Below are positions 33,948 through 36,990 of a DNA stretch of 36,990 nucleotides, one piece after another (within the stretch, counting starts at the first letter, position 1; each line of letters opens with the position of its first letter). This stretch comes from a virus (Duplodnaviria > Caudoviricetes): positions 1 to 36,990 of IMG/VR virus record IMGVR_UViG_3300017754_002147. One strand, given 5' to 3'. A program made the position numbers and the translations under genes. The notes beneath the pieces are model-generated. The model had not been told where the DNA came from. It saw only the letters and a list, made by a program, of their open reading frames with translations, and did no database searches.

Positions 33948-34522
33948 GCCTGCACCATTGCGGCTTCGGCTTGCGCCTTCAGTCCGTCCAGGTGCGGCTC
34001 AAGCAGCGCGCGCTCGGCAACGTCCAGCGCTTTCCAGAAGGTGCGGAACGATTCCACGCCGGCATCGGCAGAGCGTGCGGCTTTGCCCAGCAGCTCCTTC
34101 GGTGCGCCACGCTTGACCTCGGCGGGCTTTGCCACCGCCTGGTTGGCGTCGTCGTCCTCATCGCCCACCACGCCGACGATCGCCATGAGGGCATATCGCC
34201 GCGCGTAAGTAATGGCGCTGCCGGCTCCGTGCGCGTCTGCCTTCGCCACCGGCACGGTGAACGTGGAGGCAATCCATTCGCCGGAGGAGTGGCCCAGCAC
34301 CGTCTCCACGCACGGCCGGCCGTCGCTGTCGTTGCCGGTGAGCTGCGTGACCGCCAGCCCGTGCTTGGTCAGCGCCGGGGTAATGGTGTCGCGCACGTTC
34401 GCAAGGGACGCAAACTTGCTTTTGTAACCAGGGTTGACCGAGTCAAAGCTCGGATTTTTCATCTCGGCCTGCGCTTTGGAGAGCGCGGCCATCAGCGCGC
34501 CAATGGTCTCGGACTTTTGCAT
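33944..34522 (-). CDS. erf: ERF-family ssDNA annealing protein
   Basis: ALSKAQ...NPGYKSKFASL...HSSGEW...GSAITYARRYAL...EDDDA. Confidence 0.92.
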   Translation of the reverse strand: MQKSETIGALMAALSKAQAEMKNPSFDSVNPGYKSKFASLANVRDTITPALTKHGLAVTQLTGNDSDGRPCVETVLGHSSGEWIASTFTVPVAKADAHGAGSAITYARRYALMAIVGVVGDEDDDANQAVAKPAEVKRGAPKELLGKAARSADAGVESFRTFWKALDVAERALLEPHLDGLKAQAEAAMVQA

Positions 34523-34523
34523 C

Positions 34524-34805
34524 TCATCTTCTCCCAACAGTTCGTTCAATCGTGTCGGCCAACAGGTCGAGTTCATCGACCGCTGCGTCTCGGAAGGCCC
34601 GCCGGTCTCCGTGGATTCCGTGCGTGCCTCGGTGGTGTGCCGGGCACAAGGGGATGACCAGCCAGTCCTGCGCGCGCTGCGCCATTCCTTGACCCATGCG
34701 AATGTGGTGAACTTCGGCGGGTGTTTCGCCGTAGCCAATGCGCCGGCAGAGCGAGCAGCCCTGCTCGGCAATTTGCGCCATGTGGCGTTTAGCGGCGTTG
34801 CTCAC
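34524..34805 (-). CDS. Ref-like / DUF968-like HNH-fold nuclease
   Basis: GCSLC...AEVHHIR...VIPLCPAHHRG..GIH. Confidence 0.75.
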   Translation of the reverse strand: MSNAAKRHMAQIAEQGCSLCRRIGYGETPAEVHHIRMGQGMAQRAQDWLVIPLCPAHHRGTHGIHGDRRAFRDAAVDELDLLADTIERTVGRR

Positions 34806-34935
34806 GCTCGGCCTTGCGCTGCTGGTCACGCTGCTCCTTGCGGATGCGCTCGAATGTCTTGGCAATGTCGGTCTGCGCCGCCGGGATGTATTTCCATTCC
34901 CGGTTGAGCAGAGAAGGGAAGGGCGTCTGCTTCAT
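34789..34935 (-). CDS. Small hypothetical protein
   Basis: WKYIPAAQTDIAKTFERIR. Confidence 0.65.
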   Translation of the reverse strand: MKQTPFPSLLNREWKYIPAAQTDIAKTFERIRKEQRDQQRKAEREQRR

Positions 34936-35060
34936 TTCGTCAGCTCCTGAACAAGGACAGCAACGATGGCAACCGCAGCGAACAGCAGGGCATAGCCCAC
35001 GGTGCGGTCGGCGTTCGGTTGATGGCGCGCGCTCATGGCGCTCAATTCGCGGGCGGTCAT
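34932..35060 (-). CDS. 42-aa membrane peptide (not in ORF track)
   Basis: MTARELSAMS...VGYALLFAAVAIVAVLVQELTK*; ATGA overlaps. Confidence 0.55.
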   Translation of the reverse strand: MTARELSAMSARHQPNADRTVGYALLFAAVAIVAVLVQELTK

Positions 35061-35377
35061 TCGTCGTACCCCCCGTATTTGCTGGCCTCTTCTTTGGCGC
35101 GGCGCTCGGCATTGCGCTCAATGGGCTTGTCGAGGCGGTCGTGAATCTGCGCGCGCAGCCAGCCGGGGGCGTACTTGACAAGAGCGGCCAGCGGCATCAT
35201 TTCCGTGCCGTCGTCGACCGTCACCGTGTCTTCGATGGCGTGCTCAAAAATCAGCTCGCTGTAGAGCACGTCGTTGCTCTTGACGATTTCCCACTCGTCG
35301 TAGACCAAGTCGTCCCAGTAGTCGCAGCTCGCCTCGTAGGCGGCGGCACTTGCGAAAAGCTTTGAGTCGTAGTCCAT
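35057..35377 (-). CDS. Acidic hypothetical protein, first gene of the PL operon
   Basis: AGGAG RBS; D/E-rich. Confidence 0.7.
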   Translation of the reverse strand: MDYDSKLFASAAAYEASCDYWDDLVYDEWEIVKSNDVLYSELIFEHAIEDTVTVDDGTEMMPLAALVKYAPGWLRAQIHDRLDKPIERNAERRAKEEASKYGGYDE

Positions 35378-35412
35378 CGCTGTCTCCTGTTGTGTTGAGT
35401 GGCGATGGGCTG

Positions 35413-35497
35413 ATTCTGAAGGCAAAGCCTAATAAATGCAAGGCTTTGCCTAATTGATTGTTTAAAAGAAAGCCGGCATAACGATAGGCATAGGCTA
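35413..35497 (-). promoter_or_regulatory. PL-like promoter with three OL operators
   Basis: Minus strand TTGCAT-17-CAGAAT; operators AAGGCAAAGCCTA 35419, AAGGCTTTGCCTA 35440, TAGGCATAGGCTA 35485. Confidence 0.75.
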
Positions 35498-35519
35498 CCG
35501 TTTGCCGGCTGGGTGCGTT

Positions 35520-35897
35520 TTAGTTTTTGTTGGTGTCGTCTTGGCCTTGGGCTCGCTCTGCGGCTGCCCTGAGCAGCTCTGCGTGCTCTAGGAGCTTGCG
35601 CCGGAACTCATCGTCGAAGTCCCTGTAGGCATCCACCAGGGTGCGCTCGTCTGCGGAAAGCATTTTTTCTTCTTCCTCTGCTTCGAGCCACCATGATACT
35701 GGATATCCGTACAGTTTTGACAAGGTCTGAAAATGCCGTTTTGCGATGCGCCCGAACTTGAGCCAGTCGTAGACGCTGGGCGTTCGCACGCCGCAGAGCA
35801 AGGCCAAGTCTCGAGGCCGGTGACCCTGCTCGTCCATACATTGCTTCAGCTTGGCTGCTAGACGCAGGTTCGCTTCCGTCTGTTCGTTCGTAGTCAT
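35520..35897 (-). CDS. cI: CI-like repressor (HTH, no S24 peptidase domain)
   Basis: RDLALLCGVRTPSVYDWLKFGRI HTH; divergent from cro, flanked by operators. Confidence 0.8.
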   Translation of the reverse strand: MTTNEQTEANLRLAAKLKQCMDEQGHRPRDLALLCGVRTPSVYDWLKFGRIAKRHFQTLSKLYGYPVSWWLEAEEEEKMLSADERTLVDAYRDFDDEFRRKLLEHAELLRAAAERAQGQDDTNKN

Positions 35898-35990
35898 AGG
35901 CGAATTCCGACCTACTTCCCGGTACTAGGCAATACCGAATTTTTCGCTTGCAGGTGCGTAGGCTTTGCCTTACTCTGTAGCCTATGCCTA
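35898..35990. promoter_or_regulatory. PR/PRM-like divergent promoters with OR operators
   Basis: PR TTGCAG 35948-17-TACTCT 35971; operators TAGGCAATACCGA 35926, TAGGCTTTGCCTT 35959, TAGCCTATGCCTA 35978. Confidence 0.75.
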
Positions 35991-36262
35991 CAAACAAAGA
36001 ACTCGTCTGCGCCGCCGTTGCGCGGGCCGTCAACGCCGTTGGGGGCTTGAGTAGCGCCGCCTCTTTGCTGGGCGTCTCTGCGCCCACCGTTCACGAGTGG
36101 AAGAGCGGCCAGCGTCAGGTTCCGGTGGTCCGGGCAATCCAGCTTGAGCGCTTTTGCTACGGGCAAGTGCGCGCCGAGGAGCTGCGCCCAGACCTTGTCG
36201 AAGAAATCCAGTTTTTGCGTGGGACCAAGCGTCAGCGCAAGAGCACCGAAGTCCCTGCATGA
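35984..36262 (+). CDS. cro: Cro-like repressor (YdaS-like)
   Basis: AASLLGVSAPTVHEW..GQRQVP...EELRPDL. Confidence 0.85.
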   Translation: MPTNKELVCAAVARAVNAVGGLSSAASLLGVSAPTVHEWKSGQRQVPVVRAIQLERFCYGQVRAEELRPDLVEEIQFLRGTKRQRKSTEVPA

Positions 36263-36421
36263 ATCAAGCCGCGCTGGTGGACGGACTGGCGCTGTTTCTT
36301 CGCGGAGTGCTCCTCCTTGCGCTCCCCAGCTTGAGCCGGGCAGGCATCCGTCCAACCCGGCACCCCTAACCGTAGTCCGTGCGACTGCCACCAGAGAACA
36401 ACAACAGCACCTGGGGCTTGA

Positions 36422-36640
36422 ATGAGCAACGACATGGCCGAGAAGAGTGACCTTGTGGAAATCCGCTTCCTCGCGCCGAGAGAGCTTGCCGATGTTGCCG
36501 ACGCTTACGCCATCGCGCACAAGCAGGCGCGCAGCGAAGTGCTGGTCGAGGTGATTCGCAAGTGGGCAGAGCATCAGGTCCATGTCGCCACTGTCATCTC
36601 TCGCGTCACGCGACGCAATCCGTCCTCGCCGGAGGCGTGA
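36422..36640 (+). CDS. Small DNA-binding protein (ribbon-helix-helix-like, CII position)
   Basis: VEIRFLAPRELADVADAYA...RSEVLVEVIRKW. Confidence 0.6.
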   Translation: MSNDMAEKSDLVEIRFLAPRELADVADAYAIAHKQARSEVLVEVIRKWAEHQVHVATVISRVTRRNPSSPEA

Positions 36641-36990
36641 TGGATAGTCGACGGGGGGGTATCAGCTCTAACGGCAAACGAGTAAAGGCTCAGTCGCAAG
36701 GACGCAAAGCGCTCGGCGGTCTCACGCACTTCGCGGTCTGCGCTGCCGTAGCGCGTGGCGCTACAACAGCCGCAGAGATTGGCAAGTTCACAAGTTCGCG
36801 CGTCGGCAAGAGCAACTTGGAGAACCTGCTGGCAAACCTCTGCAAGAAGGGCGCGCTGCAACTGCGCGACGGCCAGTACCGATTGACCTATGTCGGCCGA
36901 GAAATCCTCGGCGCGCGTGGTCCGGTCAATGAACTCACGCCGCTCCAGCTCGCACCGCGGCCGCCGATGCGACCAGGCGCGGAGATTGCC
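36640..36990 (+). CDS. Hypothetical, possibly winged-helix protein; continues across the circular join to TGA at 166-168
   Basis: ATG 36640 overlaps upstream TGA, GGAGG upstream; MDSRRGG...AAEIGKF...LENLLANLCKKGALQLRDGQYRLT...RPGAEIAARLPS...WSR*; stop overlaps next ATG at 168. Confidence 0.7.
   Translation, partial: MDSRRGGISSNGKRVKAQSQGRKALGGLTHFAVCAAVARGATTAAEIGKFTSSRVGKSNLENLLANLCKKGALQLRDGQYRLTYVGREILGARGPVNELTPLQLAPRPPMRPGAEIA
36868..36990. repeat. Terminal direct repeat, copy 2 (circular contig overlap)
   Basis: Identical to 1-123; an ORF reads in frame across the join. Confidence 0.95.

Larger units (their letters stand above)
1..36990. mobile_element. Complete temperate phage (lambdoid organisation, P22-like podovirus virion genes)
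   Basis: Terminase, portal, scaffold, capsid, lysis, attP/integrase, cI/cro and recombination genes present; no tape measure or tail tube seen; circular ends. Confidence 0.93.

Noticed and set aside
36259-36369. Small ORF MNQAALVDG... after cro
   Set aside because: ATGA-coupled, but only 36 aa with no motif; cannot be supported

Overview
This window is an apparently complete, circularly permuted temperate phage genome. Positions 1-123 repeat exactly at 36868-36990, giving a unit length of about 36,867 bp, and an ORF reads through the join. It is GC-rich, and a likely betaproteobacterial host is inferred from the tRNA-Leu-like att core. The layout is lambdoid with a P22-like podovirus virion module: replication and nin-like accessory genes (168-5914), a late regulator, terS/terL, portal, an extra fibre/beta-propeller block, scaffold, major capsid protein, tail adaptor and nozzle, ejection proteins, lysis cassette, attP, integrase, then a leftward early operon (xis, SSB, YqaJ exonuclease, ERF, Ref-like nuclease) and a cI/cro switch with readable operators. 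The main highlights are: (1) the major capsid gene is split by a 966-nt group I intron carrying an HNH homing endonuclease, which the ORF track misses; (2) accessory genes are arranged as cassettes joined by an identical 20-bp repeat that supplies the C-terminus, stop, RBS and next start; (3) a lipoprotein gene is embedded out of frame in a holin-like gene; (4) there are two paralogous adaptor-plus-variable-effector virion gene pairs; (5) cI and cro are probably both leaderless, and CI lacks a protease domain. All family assignments are from motif recognition by eye; no searches were run.
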